Positions 1-13,459 of a stretch of DNA of 64,000 bases are shown here, piece by piece. Below the pieces are notes generated by a model. The model saw only the letters and a list, made by a program, of their open reading frames with translations, made no database searches and was not told where the DNA came from. Both the position numbers and the translations under genes were made by a program. Origin of the DNA: Prorocentrum cordatum (lineage: Eukaryota); assembly GCA_963575745.1 (NCBI GenBank), contig CAUYUJ010000192.1, positions 434,001 through 498,000 on the forward strand, given 5' to 3'. Position 1 is the stretch's first letter; each line of letters starts with the position of its first letter.

Positions 1-1573
<1,573 letters not shown>

Positions 1574-2131
1574 AGTACCAGGAAGATCCATTTGCATATT
1601 TTAGAATCGATGTTTACGCTTCGGTGCCCTCTTGCTCATCTTAACGTAGTGCTCGTGTGCAAACCAAAACTGAGACCAATTCCAACTCGAGCATGCATGT
1701 TGGCTTCCAGATCCTGTGCGTTGACATAAGGAATGTCACTTGGTCTTCGCACTCGTCTTGGGCTTCTCTACAATTAAAATCCTATTGTGGGCCTATCCCA
1801 AGATGGTTGGGATTGGGCCCAGTTTGCTTTTCGCACTGGTTGGGATTGGTCTCAGTTGGTTGGGATTGGGCCCAGTGGGTTGGGATTGGGCCCACATGCG
1901 GTTCGAACCCCCCCCCCTTTCAGCGCCAAGGGGGGTGGGGGGTCTGGACCCCCCCCCCTTCAAGGGAGGAGAAGGGGGGAAGGGGGTCCGAACCCCCCCC
2001 CCCTTAAAGGGGGGAAGGGGAGGGGATTCCGGACCCCCCCGCCCCCGCCCCCCCTTGAAGGGGGGGAAGGGGGAGGGGGTTCTGGACCCCCCCCCCTTTA
2101 GTGTATTCAGGGAGATCCACTGGCGCACTTC

Positions 2132-2258
2132 CAAATCGGGGGCAGGGGGAAGCCCTTGTCTCCGGGCTGGCGGTGGACACCCATCCTCAGCCGAATCGAA
2201 CGCAGGGGGGAACCCTTGCGTCCGGGCCGGGGATGGTAACCCATCCTCGGCCGAATCG
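2132..2258 (+). repeat. ~60-bp imperfect tandem duplication
   Basis: gcaggggg..cccttg..tccgggc.gg..tgg..acccatcctc.gccgaatcg occurs twice with a 60-bp offset. Confidence 0.8.
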
Positions 2259-2779
2259 GGCTCGCCGCAAAGCTTCGCTTCGTGTTGCCTCCCGCCTGAA
2301 CGCGGCCGTGACTAGCTCAGTGCCTGCGGTTGCCCCAACGGCCTGGCCCGCGGGGTTGTCCCAACGGCCGCGCGACGCGGCCATTCGAGAATGCGCCCGC
2401 GCTGACCGAGGCGGCGCGGCGACGGCGTCGAGGAAAATCGACGCGCGCGCTCTTGCAATAGACAGGAAAGGAGGTGGAGGGTAACGAAACAAGCAGCAGG
2501 AGTGCGAGGCAAGGGCAACGCGGGCGCGGGGAGCGGGTGAGGGCCCTGCGCCAGGGCGATAATGATAGTGGCGCAGAGAAGACAACAAGGGCGTCTCACT
2601 CATCGCGAGGACGACAGTGAAGGCTATTTCAAGATTGGGCAAAAGGATTTTCATGTGGGGCCTTTCCGTCGGAGTATTTTGTGTTCTGTCAATTTTGAAA
2701 ACTCCTCCTGTAAAGGGACAGGCCCGACTTAACATCACGGGCTTCCCCCCTGCTCAGCGGCGAGGCCCCCGAAGAACAC

Positions 2780-2940
2780 GCGGTGGACAAACCTCCTTTT
2801 GGTAAACTTCCCTTTGGTGAAAACGGCCTGGAACCGAAGCCGATGGACCTGGACCCGCAAAAATGACGGCCGCGACGCCCTCCCGCGAAGCGAAAACGGC
2901 CAAGTCGCTAGTCGACGTTTCAGGGTATGAAGTCTATCAA
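2780..2940. mobile_element. MITE-like element, family 'GGTGGACA', copy 1 (right end diverged)
   Basis: Homologous to 5208-5376 and 6229-6392 (gcggtggacaaacctcc...cccgcaaaaatgacggccgcg...cagggtaggaggtctgtc). Confidence 0.7.
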
Positions 2941-3079
2941 CTTCCGAAACAACCCCCCACGTCCTCGAACCCCCGCCACGGCACCCCGTGGCTGGCAGGG
3001 CGGGGCCCGGGCGTCCTCCGGAAGACGCCAGCGTGACCAGGCCCTCCTGCGGGCCCCGGGCAGGTATCGAGAAGAGTCG

Positions 3080-3095
3080 ATGATGATGATGATGG

Positions 3096-3130
<35 letters not shown>

Positions 3131-3840
3131 CTGATGATGATGATGATGATGATGATGATGACGAGGAAGAGGAGGAGGAGGAGGAGGAGGAGGAGGAGGA
3201 GGATGAGGAAAAGGCGGAGGAGGAGGAGGGGGGGGGAAGGAGTAGGAGGAGAACAAAAGGAGAAGGAGGAGGAGGACGAGGAGGAGGAGGAAGGAGGAGG
3301 AGGAGGAGAGGCGGAGGAGGAGGAGGAGGGGGAGGGGGAGGAGGAGAGGAGGGGAGGAGGAGGAGAAAAAGGAGGAGGAGGAGGAGGAGGAGGAGAGGGA
3401 GGAGGAGGAGGAGGACGGGGCAGGAGGCGGGGAAGGAGGAGGAGGAGGAGGAGGAGGAGGAGGAGGAGGAGGAGGAGGAGGCGGAGGAGGAGGCGGAGGA
3501 GGAGGGGGGAGGAGGAGGAGGAGAGGAGGAGGAGGAGGAGAGGAGGAGGAGGAGGAGAGGAGGATGGAGGAGGGAGGGGGGGGGAAGGAGTAGGAGGAGA
3601 ACAAAAGGAGAAGGAGGAGGAGGAGGAAGAGGAGGAGGAGAGGGTGAGGGAGGAGGACAAGGAGGAAGAGGAGGAGGAGGAAGAGGAGGGGGAAGAGGAG
3701 GAGGAGGAGGAGGAGGAGGAAAAGGAGGAGGAAAAGGAGGAGTGAGGAGGACGAGGAGGAGGAGGAGGAGGAGGAGGGGAGAGGAGGAGGAGGAGGAGGA
3801 GGAGGAGGAGGAGGAAAACGAGGACGAGGAGGAAGAGGGG
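3080..3840 (+). repeat. (GAT)n followed by (GGA)n low-complexity tract with an internal ~350-bp-period duplication
   Basis: Direct reading; ggaaggagtaggaggagaacaaaaggagaagg appears at ~3235 and ~3583. Confidence 0.93.
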
Positions 3841-4501
3841 GCGCCTAAGCCCTTCGGAGAAACCCTCCATCCCTTTCCCTTCGGTGGAGAGGGGAGCTCG
3901 GGGATTGGGGGCGAAATATTGCCTGCGAGCCAAGGAGCCGAGGCCTCCCAAATCGCCGACGCATCGCCGATGCACTGGCGATGTCGGCGGTGCATCAGCG
4001 CCGCTGGCGTGGAGGAAATCGGGCTCCACATCGAGCTGCATCGCTGAGACAACGGCGGCGCGGCGCGATGCCCCCGCCTTTCTCGGTCCCCACTTGGGAG
4101 GCCTGGACGGATTGGAGCGACGAGTCGGCTGCGAGCGGAAGCGGAAGGGAAGTAATAAAGGGGCCCTAGGACACACGATAAATACACACAAATCCGAGGG
4201 CTCCCCCTAGTTTCCAATATTTCATGAGATTTCGTCTTCCCCCCCCGCCACGTCCCATATATTCCCATGCTTTCCCTGGAACCGACGGTTATAATTGTGT
4301 CTGTGTTTTTTTTTCCCCCCCCGCGCTGAAGCAACGCGCACATTCCAAATACGCATCTCTGGCCTGACCGCAGGAAAATATATGAGGCGACGCTGCAGGG
4401 CAACCGGGCCAACAACCAGATGCATCGTGAGCGACGGGGTCAACTGCACTCACGTAGCAGAAGAATGGATCCTCAACTGCTGGGGGCGACACCCACGGGG
4501 A

Positions 4502-4875
4502 GGGCGGGCGTGTCCCCCTGCAGGGGGATCTTGGACGAACAATAAAGCACAGTCAAACTATGCTCAAACATAGACGAACGATACTGCAACAAACATCGTC
4601 CCCGCACTATTACAAGAAACGGCTTCCAGGGTGAGCCATTGTCAACGGGAACGCGTCCCGCGCGGGATCGGGGTTCGCACGGGGGCGCGGCTGCTCTCGC
4701 CTGTCCAGGGGGTATGCATTGCCGCGCCCTCCCATTCGCGCGGCGCCGTGCCTCTCAAATCGGAATAAACTTTCGGAACGCCGATGTAGACATACAATAC
4801 TACAACAAACATCGTCCCCGCACTATTGTTTGACCGTCTTTGAGTACTCCTCCTGAAGAGGGACAGGCCGGACTC
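4502..4875. mobile_element. Diverged copy of the 'GTCGGGCCTGTCCCC' TIR MITE, containing extra internal sequence
   Basis: Left gcgggcgtgtcccctgcagggg, right ctcctgaagagggacaggccggactc; the internal aacaaacatcgtccccgcactatt motif occurs twice (~4588, ~4804). Confidence 0.6.
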
Positions 4876-5207
4876 AAACCTGCGGAAACGTCCCTTAGGA
4901 GGAGGAGGAGGAGCAGGAGGAGGCGGAGGAGGAGGAGGAAAGGGAGGAGGAGGAGCAGGAAGAGGAGGAGGAGGAGGAGGAGAGGGAGGAGGAGGAGGAG
5001 GAGAAGGACGAGGACGAGGAGGAGGAGGAGGAGGAGAAGGGAGGAGGAGGAGAAGGAGGAAACTGCCGCGGGCCCGGGGCACGGCAGAGCGAGGCCGCCG
5101 AGCACGGCGTGGAGCGGACCGGGGGGGGAGGGCGGGATCGAGCAAGGACCGGCCGCCCCGGAAGTTCCGTAGGCCCGTACCACGAGATGTCCCCAGAGCC
5201 CTAAACT

Positions 5208-5376
5208 CGGCGGTGGACAAACCTCCCTTTCGTGAACCTCCCTGTAGTGAAAACGGCCTGGGACCGAAACCGACGGACCTGGGCCCGCAAAAATGACGGC
5301 CGCGACGCCCTCCCGCGAACCGAAAACGGCCAATTCCTCAATCGACGTGTCAGGGTAGGAGGTCTGTCCACCCCCG
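5208..5376. mobile_element. MITE-like element, family 'GGTGGACA', copy 2 (best preserved)
   Basis: Terminal inverted repeats CGGCGGTGGACAAACCTCC / GGAGGTCTGTCCACCCCCG (19 bp, 2 mismatches); non-coding; 3 copies in window. Confidence 0.8.
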
Positions 5377-5912
5377 ACGAACATGTTCTAAGAGCAAAAC
5401 GATGTTCTCGGAGCATAAGCCCGATGTGTGAAACCAGGACGGTCCTACCCAGAAATGCTCTGAGAGCATCTCGCTGGAACCGCAGAGGGGTTCCTAGGAC
5501 ACTCTTTGGTGGGCCTGTGGGCAAGCCAGGACGCTTCGCCACTGCTTGAAGGGGGAGGGAAGGTGACCCGAGATACCCGGCGTCCCGACAAACACCAGAG
5601 CGACGGCTTTCCGCCGTGGTCAGCCCCTGCGCAGGCCTTCGAGTTTGGCCCCCTTGGGTCCGACGGAATACGATCAGGGGTGAAATTGGGAGAGGGCGTC
5701 GATTTCTGGGGACCCCATGCTGAGACAGCCTGGACACCAGATGCCTGGAAAAGGGAGGGGAAGGAGGGAGGGAAGGATGGGAGAGGAGGCATCAGCCTCC
5801 TCCTCCCCCCTCCCTCCTCCCCCTCCTCCTTCCCTCCTTTTCTCGTCGCCCTCCTGCTCCTCCTCCTCCTCCTCCTCCTCCTCCTCCTCCTCCTCCTCCT
5901 TGTTCCTGGTTC

Positions 5913-5973
5913 CTCACGGCATGAATGTCTTCAGACGTTGCCAATTCCCTCAGGGAGGCCCAGTCGGACCCCC
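5913..5973 (-). CDS. Candidate micro-exon (..GSDWASLRELATSEDIHAV-R) of an unknown protein
   Basis: cag|G acceptor and AG|ga donor; unique island between TCC tracts; phase-compatible with a downstream exon starting at 5744 (ttccag|G CAT CTG GTG.. HLVSRLSQHGVP). Confidence 0.4.
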
Positions 5974-6228
5974 CTGGAGGTCCTCCTCCTTCTCCTCGTC
6001 CACGTCCTCCTCCTTCTCCTTCTCCTCCTCCTCCTCCTCTTCCCGCTCCTCATCTCCTCCCCTTCGTCAACCTCCCTCCTCCAGGTTCCCTTCTGCAGGT
6101 AATATTACGGGGTGGGTAAGAGAGAGGAGGAGAAGGACGAGGACGAGATATGCTCGGATCGGCTGTCCATCTCGGCACAATCGGGCGCTCCTAAGTCCTG
6201 CTATGGAGTCTGAACCCCCAAGTCACTG

Positions 6229-6392
6229 GGCGGTGGACAAACCTCCCTTTAATTATCCACCCTTCAGTGAAAACGGCCTAGGACCGAAACCGACGGACCT
6301 TGGCCCGCAAAAATGACGACCGCGCGACCCTCTCGCGAACCGAAAATGTTCAATTCGATAATCGACGTGTCAGGGTAGGAGGTCTGTCAACC
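6229..6392. mobile_element. MITE-like element, family 'GGTGGACA', copy 3
   Basis: Homologous to copies 1 and 2, with TIR remnants at both ends. Confidence 0.75.
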
Positions 6393-6456
6393 GAATCGCC
6401 TACCATCGCGCCATCGCGTCCCGCGATGCGCGGCTCTCCTCGCGCCCTCGCGAGGC

Positions 6457-6486
6457 CTCCTTGAAGCAGAACGTGCCCTTCCGAGC
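6457..6486 (-). CDS. Candidate 30-nt micro-exon (ARKGTFCFKE)
   Basis: tag|G acceptor, GAG|gc donor, 9 of 10 codons end in G/C. Confidence 0.3.
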
Positions 6487-6554
6487 CTAGCCGCAATGCC
6501 GCGACGCGTGACTACGTCCTCGCCCCCCAGGGGGCGACCCAGGTCCCCAGGGCG

Positions 6555-6996
6555 GAGGAGGGGGAGGATGAGGAGGAGGAGGAGGAGGAGAAAAAGGAGG
6601 AGGAGGAGGAGAAAAAGGAGGAGGAGGAGAAGGAGGAGGAGGAGGAGAAGGAGGAGGAGGAGGAGACGAAGGAGCAGGAGGAGGAGGAGGAGGAGCAGGA
6701 GGAAGGAGGGGAGGAGAAGGAGGAGGAGGAGGAAGAGGAGGAGGAGTGTGCTGCAATCTGCGAGCTGCGAGCTGCATCGCGGGCGTGCCCAGCAGCGTCC
6801 CACCTGGGTCCCGGAGATGCCCAGGGGGCGGGCTCGTCCCTCAATGGGGCACACGGAGCCGCCCCCGGGCAGCGCTCCCGGGCGACAGGGAGGAGAACGA
6901 GAAAGGAGAGGCAGGAGGTTCCCCTCATCACCATACGGGCTCCTCATCATGATGATGATCATAATGATGATCCTGATCAGACTCATCACCATCATC

Positions 6997-7045
<49 letters not shown>

Positions 7046-8400
7046 ACACCATCATCACGAGGACCACCAGCATCAACACCACAGCCACCACCACCATAAC
7101 AATACTAATACTTATAATAATGATAATAGTAGTACTGGCGATAATGATAAGAAACATCCTCATCGTCATCAACAACATCATCATCATCATAACCAAATTA
7201 ACAATAATACGACTAATACGCTTAATATACGATTCAAAGAATAATAATAATGATGATAAGACAACTCATAATATAATGATACTACGCATCATCATTACCA
7301 TCACCATCACCATCATCATCATCAGCAGCAGCCGCATCATCAGCATCATCATCAGCATCATCAGCCTCATCAACATCATCAGCATCCTAATCATAAGCAT
7401 CATCATCATCAACATCACCATCGTCAGCATCAACACCACCACTATCATCCTCATCATCAACAACCACGTCATCAGCATCCGCGTTATCGTCATCAACATC
7501 AACATCATCATCATTATCATCGACATCGTCACCATCCTGCTCCTCCTCATCATCTGCATCAACAACATCATCAACATGATCATGATCATTACCATGACAA
7601 TTCTAACTGTTACCGTCGTCACCATGCTCATCATCATGACTACTGTCATCATCAGCATCACTGACATCATCAGGATGATCATCATCAGCAGCATCGTCAG
7701 CAGCGTCCTCCTCCTCATCACCATCATCATCATAATCATAAGCATCACCATCATCATCGCCCTCAACATTGTCCTCATCATTATACTCATACACATCATC
7801 CTAATAATCGCTATCGTCGTCATCATCATCTGCATCATGAGTATCATCATCACCACCACCACCAGCAGAACCATCATCACCATCACCACCACCAACACCA
7901 TCATCACCACCACCATCACCACCACCACCACCACCACCACTCTCATCATCACAACCATCATCAGCATCATCCGCGTCTCCTCCGTCGCCCCCTGCCCCAA
8001 GCAGGCGAACTCCCGATCCCAACTTCTCTTCTCCTCCTCAACCTCCTCCTCCTCAACCTCCTCCTCCTTCTCCTAATCGTCATCCTCTTTCCCCCCTCTC
8101 CCTCCCCCTCCCCCTCCTCCTCCTCCTCTCCTCCTCCTCCTCCTCCTCCTCCTCCTCCTGCTCCTCACCTCCTCCTCCTGCTCCTCCTCCTCCTCCTGCT
8201 CCTCCTCCTCCCCCTTCCTCCTCCTCCTCCACCTCCTCCTCCTCCTCCTCCTCCTCCTACTCCTCCTCCTCCTCCTCCTCGTCCTCGTCCTCCTGATCCT
8301 CCTCCTCCTCATCCCCCCCCCTCTGAAGCTGATCGTCATCATCTTTCCCCCTCCTCCTCCTCCTCCTCCTCTCCCTCCCTGCTTCCCCCTCCCCCCTCCC
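6555..8400. repeat. Low-complexity block: (GGA)n 6555-6745, degenerate (CAT)n/(AAT)n ~6925-7975, (TCC)n ~8030-8400
   Basis: Direct reading. Confidence 0.92.
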
Positions 8401-8717
8401 AATCCTCACTCTCCTGCGGCGGCGATGCATGGCCGACGTCTTGCCGATGCACCGCCGCCGCTCCGCCGACGCGCACGGCAGATGCACCAGCGGGGGGTGA
8501 AGGCCTGGAGCCTTCTTGCCCGCCAGGCCTGGAGACCCCATGCATTCCACACGGGGTCGGATCGAGCCTAGGGATTTCCCCCCCCCCCCCAAAAAAAAAT
8601 AGAGGGCAGACAATCCACCCCGATAATAACTACCCCGACACGCGAAACTGTTTCGTGAACCCACCCAAAGAAGAAAACAAACAGGGCATGGCTGCTTAGT
8701 AAACGCCCAAGGCCGTT

Positions 8718-8940
8718 TTCGGGGATCTTCTGACCCGGGTCAATCCAGACCCGGGTCAATCAGGCCTGCAAAATCCTGCAAGATCATGCACCCAAACCCG
8801 GGTCAATGCGAAGGATCCTGCAGGATCCTGCAGGATCCTGCACCCAAACCCGGGTCAATGCGACCCTGGCGCTGCAGGATCCTGCAAGATCTGGCACTCT
8901 GGTTGACCCCCGTCTGCACTGACCCCCGTCTCGAGGCTCC
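8718..8940 (+). repeat. Dispersed repeat rich in GACCCGGGTC/GCAGGATCCTGC palindromes (second copy ~39086-39328)
   Basis: Shared gatcttctgacccgggtca.tccagacccgggtca ... gacccccgt.tgcactgacccccgtctc. Confidence 0.8.
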
Positions 8941-10333
8941 CGACGTTTAGTAAACGCCAGTTGTCCGGTCTGGGTGGATTTCCTCCCTTGAAACAGGAGG
9001 GAATCCGAAAAACTTGATGCGGTGCTTTTCGCAGCCCATGGGGGTCGGGGCCCAGCCTCGGAGGACCAGCAACGTCCTCTGCAGGGCGGAGCCCGGGCCA
9101 CCCCCCGGTCTGCGAAAAGCACAGCTAGGCAAACCCTTCGGAACTAGAGTAGCGCGCTTCAGCACTCGCGAGGCAATTCCTCGCAAATGGCTGGGCCCCG
9201 CCGAAGGGATCTGCAATCCAGCACATCGTAGGCGAGCGTGTGTTTTTTCCTGCGTTTGCGGATAAGCACTCTGCGAGTAGTTGAACGCGCTTGGTAAGGA
9301 CCCGTCAAAGAATTATTATTGGAAATCTCCAGACCCGAAAACTTCCCAGGACTGGGCCCGAAAACTCCCTCCAGGCGCGAGTCGGGAAAAGATCGGATCG
9401 GACCGTCAGCGAAGCGCCACGAATCACATCGAAGTCGGATCACGGCGCTGGGCTCCGGCTGGCCCCGGCCGATGCCGGCGAATCTGGGAAGACCGCACCG
9501 CTACTCCCTGGACCTCTCCCAGGGCTGCTTCCGACCAGAATCTCGAGGCGAACGCACCCGCGGGCGGCGAGGGCCTCCCACGTTGCCCACAGAGGCAAGA
9601 ACGAGGACAGGTAGCGGCACCGGCAACAGCTCATTCCTCCCAGACCCCCGACGTCGTGATTTTTTCATGACGTCGACCCCCAGCTGTTTGGACCCATTCC
9701 CCGAGACCGGCTTTTCATCCTGAGTCGTTTTTTGGCAGCCCCGAGGCCCAGTAGGGGCCCCCAGAGGCCGAAAATAGCGAAAAACCTCCCGTCGTGATTT
9801 TTTCATGACTCGAGGGGGTCTGGGCTCCGAGGATATCAAGCCGCCCCGAATCGAATCGGAAGCATGGGCCCAGAACGCGCGGATCGGACCGCGCGGGATC
9901 GGATCGCGGGCAGCCCCGGCCCGGGGTCCTCCGACGTGGCGAGGACCACCTGCCCAGGTATCCGCCTGGGCCCGCGGGCGGAGCATGGACCGATCGTCTT
10001 GGCATTCCTAGAACCCAGACCCCCTCGAGTCATGAAAAAATCACGGCGGGAGGTTTTTCGTTATTTTCAGCCTCTGGGGGCCCCTACCGGGCCTCGGGGC
10101 TGTCAAAAAACGACTCAGGATGAAAAACCGGTCTCGGGGAATGGGTCCAAACCGCTGGGGGTCGACGTCATGAAAATTATCCCGGCAAAGCAACCTAACA
10201 GCGATGTGTAGGAGCATATCTGGAAGCATTCCCCTTAAGATTCAGATGAGAATCCAGTTGTAGAATTCTGCTGTTCTCGCAGTCGTAGTCGCATTCGCGA
10301 TGACAGTCGCAGTGGCAACGGCAGTCGCAGTCA

Positions 10334-11572
10334 CAGCCTCGGCCTCAGCCTGCCTCAGCCTCAGCCTCAGCCTGCCTCAGCCTCAGCCTGCCTCAGCCTC
10401 AGCCTCAGCCTGCTTCAGCCTCAGCCTCAGTCTGCCTTCAACCTCGGCCTCAGCCTGCCTCAGCCTCAGCCTGCATCAGCCTCAGCCTCAGCCTCAGCCT
10501 GCCTCAGCCACAGCCTCAGCCTCAGCCTCAGCCTCAGCCTGCTTCAGCCTCAGCCTCAGTCTGCCTTCAGCCTCGGCCTCAGCCTCAGCCTGCCTCAGCC
10601 TCAGCCTGCATCAGCCTCAGCCTCAGCCTCAGCCTGCCTCAGCATCAGCCTGCAGCCTCAGCCTGCCTCTGCCTCAGCCTCAGCCTGCTTCAGCCTCAGC
10701 CTCAGTCTGCCTTCAGCCTCGGCCTCAGCCTCAGCCTGCCTCAGCCTCAGCCTGCATCAGCCTCAGCCTCAGCCTCAGCCTGCCTCAGCATCAGCCTGCT
10801 TCAGCCTCAGCCTCAGCCTGCCTCAGCCTCAGCCTCAGCCAGCCTGCTTCAGCCTCAGCCTCAGTCTGCCTTCAGCCTCGGCCTCAGCCTCAGCCTGCCT
10901 CAGCCTCAGCCTGCATCAGCCTCAGCCTCAGCCTCAGCCTGCCTCAGCATCAGCCTGCTTCAGCCTCAGCCTCAGCCTGCCTCAGCCTCAGCCTCAGCTG
11001 CTTCAGCCTCAGCCTCAGTCTGCCTTCAGCCTCGGCCTCAGCCTCAGCCTGCCTCAGCCTCAGCCTGCATCAGCCTCAGCCTCAGCCTCAGCCTCAGCCT
11101 CAGCCTGCCTCAGCCTCAGCCTCAGCCTGCCTCAGCCTCAGCCTGCCTCAGCCTCAGCCTCAGCCTGCTTCAGCCTCAGCCTCAGTCTGCCTTCAGCCTC
11201 GGCCTCAGCCTCAGCCTGCCTCAGCCTCAGCCTGCATCAGCCTCAGCCTCAGCCTCAGCCTGCCTCAGCATCAGCCTGCCTCAGCCTCAGCCTCAGCCTG
11301 CCTCAGCCTCAGCCTCAGCCTGCTTCAGCCTCAGCCTCAGTCTGCCTTCAGCCTCGGCCTCAGCCTCAGCCTGCCTCAGCCTCAGCCTGCATCAGCCTCA
11401 GCCTCAGCCTCAGCCTGCCTCAGCATCAGCCTGCCTCAGCCTCAGCCTCAGCCTGCCTCAGCCTCAGCCTCAGCCTGCTTCAGCCTCAGCCTCAGTCTGC
11501 CTTCAGCCTCGGCCTCAGCCTCAGCCTGCCTCAGCCTCAGCCTGCCTCAGCCTCAGCCTCAGCCTGCCTCAG
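10334..11572 (+). repeat. (GCCTCA)n hexamer satellite with GCCT/GCTT/GCAT variants
   Basis: Direct reading; recurring variant blocks such as cagtctgccttcagcctcggcc. Confidence 0.97.
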
Positions 11573-12137
11573 CATTCAAAATGTGGCCCGGGAGTGGAAT
11601 TCTGGGAAGTCGAAGAGCACGAAGTGGCCTACAATTAACTCCGGGCATTCAAAATCATGCCCAAGAATGGAGTTCTGGGAACTCGAAGACCACGAAGTGG
11701 CCTACAGTTGGCTCCGGGCATTCAAAATCATGCCCAGGAATGAAATTCTGGGAACTCGGAGACCACGAAGTGGCCTACAATTGGCTCCGGGCATTCAAAA
11801 TCATACACAGGAATGGAGTTCTGGGAACTCGAAGACCACGAAATGGCCTACAACTAGCTCCGGGCATTCAAAATGTGGCCCGGGAATAGTGTTCTGGGAA
11901 ATCCAAAAACACGAAGTGGCCTACAGTTGGCTCCGGGCATCCAAAATGTGGCCCAGGAATGGAGTTCTGGGAATTCGAAGAGCACGAAGTGGCCTACAAT
12001 TAACTCCGGGCATTCAAAATCATGCCCAGGAATGGAGTTCTGGGAAGTCGAAGAGCACGAAGTGGCCTACAGTTGGCTCCGGGCATTCAAAATGTGGCCC
12101 CGGAGTGGAGGTCTTGGAAGTCGAAGAGCACGAAGTG
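11573..12137 (+). repeat. 73-bp tandem repeat, ~8 units
   Basis: cacgaa(g/a)tg recurs every 73 bp from 11618 to 12129. Confidence 0.97.
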
Positions 12138-12559
12138 TGTGACTGTGGCTGAAAGCGAGCCCGGCCCTGAACCCGGCCCTCGCTGTCCGGATGCCGCCCA
12201 GACCTCCCTTCTGAGTCATCAGATGCTCTCTTTTGACACCATTAGAAACCTATCAGTCTTCGCTGTTAGGTAAAATCACAACGTCGGGGGTCTGGGAACC
12301 GATCTCGGTCTCCAGCCCCCCGGGTTATGGGAACCTGTGTGTTTTGGCGCGGACTCACTGACGGATTGGGACCTCAGCAGCGCTTGGGACATCAGTGTTT
12401 TTCCGCGGTGGCCACCGCTGATGGCCGGGGGGGCGAGGATTCATGGTGGTGATGATGAGGATGAGGATGAGGGAGAGATAGTTGTAGCTGGTGAGATGGT
12501 GATGATGCTGGTGGTGATGATGATGGTGGTGATGGTGATTTCCCTCGAGGCCAGGACCA

Positions 12560-13450
12560 GACTGGAGGCCGCACAGGTCTGAAGGACAATTCTGGCCAGT
12601 CGCAAAGATCCCGGGTTCTCGAGATGCCCCGCGCAGGGCCACGTCTGGAAGGCGCTGGCGCAAGGGGGCTGCGCCGCGCTGCCTCGGACTGTGGGTGAAG
12701 ATAACCACCCGCGCAAGAATGCGGAGGCCTCATCCTCAGCGGCTGTGTCATTATAGTACTCATCGATCGGGGCCTCCTCGAATTGACTAGAAGTTGCCCA
12801 CGCTCTGCGTTGGCAGAGCCTGAGGCGCGGGCGCGGGGGCCGATGGGGGCGCGCGCGACACTGCTGCTGGCGGGGAAAGGCGCGCCACGAACGAAATTGA
12901 CTGCTCTCGCTGCTCTAGCATCGGAGCCAGTAAGCCATCTCCTCCTCGAGCCGCCCCGCTGGGGCCACTCCGCGGCGGCGGGTCGACTTTCCCTCCGACG
13001 CCAGCGCCCGCTGGACGAGCGAGCGGTCTTGCCAAGATGGGGCCCCGATCGCGAGCTTCGTCGTCTCTGTCTCGAAGCATCTCTCGACCCCGATGAGACG
13101 GACGGCGAGCTGCAAGTCGCCGCCGCAGGCGCTCCGCCCTCTGGCCTGGATGCGCTCCCAAGCGCTCCTGCGCCCCGCGGGGAGGGCGGGGGTGCGCGCC
13201 AGCCCGCTCGCGGGCGCGGCGGCAGCGCCCCCCCCCGAATCCGCCGCTGCCTGGCCCGCCATGGTCTGGAGGGGGGCGAGGCGGCAAGGTAGGCGTCGCC
13301 CTTGCGCACGTTGTCCTCAGGACTGCTGACGATGCCGATGGCGTCAATGATGTTGCTGCTGCTGGCTACGGTAGTTCGCGGTGTACGCGGCAGCGTTGTA
13401 ACCTGAGAGCCACTGGCGAGGTCTGCTGATCTCCGACGCGCTGCCCAAGC
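12560..13450 (-). pseudogene. Probable 5' fragment of a second LINE copy: ORF1 C-terminus plus start of the endonuclease
   Basis: ..DRSLVQRALASEGKSTRRRGVAPAGRLEEEMAYWL* parallels the ORF1-like tail at 17220-17310; VVIFTHSPRQ..PDVALRG parallels the APE start at ~16.9-17.0 kb; heavily degenerate. Confidence 0.4.
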
Positions 13451-13459
13451 GCCAGGCGC

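Larger units (their letters stand above)
10177..12271. mobile_element. Composite satellite-carrying non-autonomous element (Helentron/DINE-like architecture), copy 1
   Basis: Conserved ~155-bp head TTATCCCGGCAAAGCAACCTAACAGCGA..., (GCCTCA)n ~10334-11572, eight 73-bp units 11573-12137, conserved tail ending TCGCTGTTAGGT; inserted in an A-tract. Confidence 0.85.
9638..12297. mobile_element. Foldback/TIR element with ~190-bp inverted arms; right arm interrupted by the composite element at 10177-12271
   Basis: 9638-9825 is the reverse complement of 10013-10176 joined to 12272-12297 (gtcgacgtcatgaaaa|insert|aaaatcacaacgtcgggggtctggga). Confidence 0.88.

Noticed and set aside
11573..12137. CRISPR-like array or tRNA gene array in the 73-bp repeats
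   Set aside because: No unique spacers and no cas genes; no canonical T-loop/anticodon arm geometry
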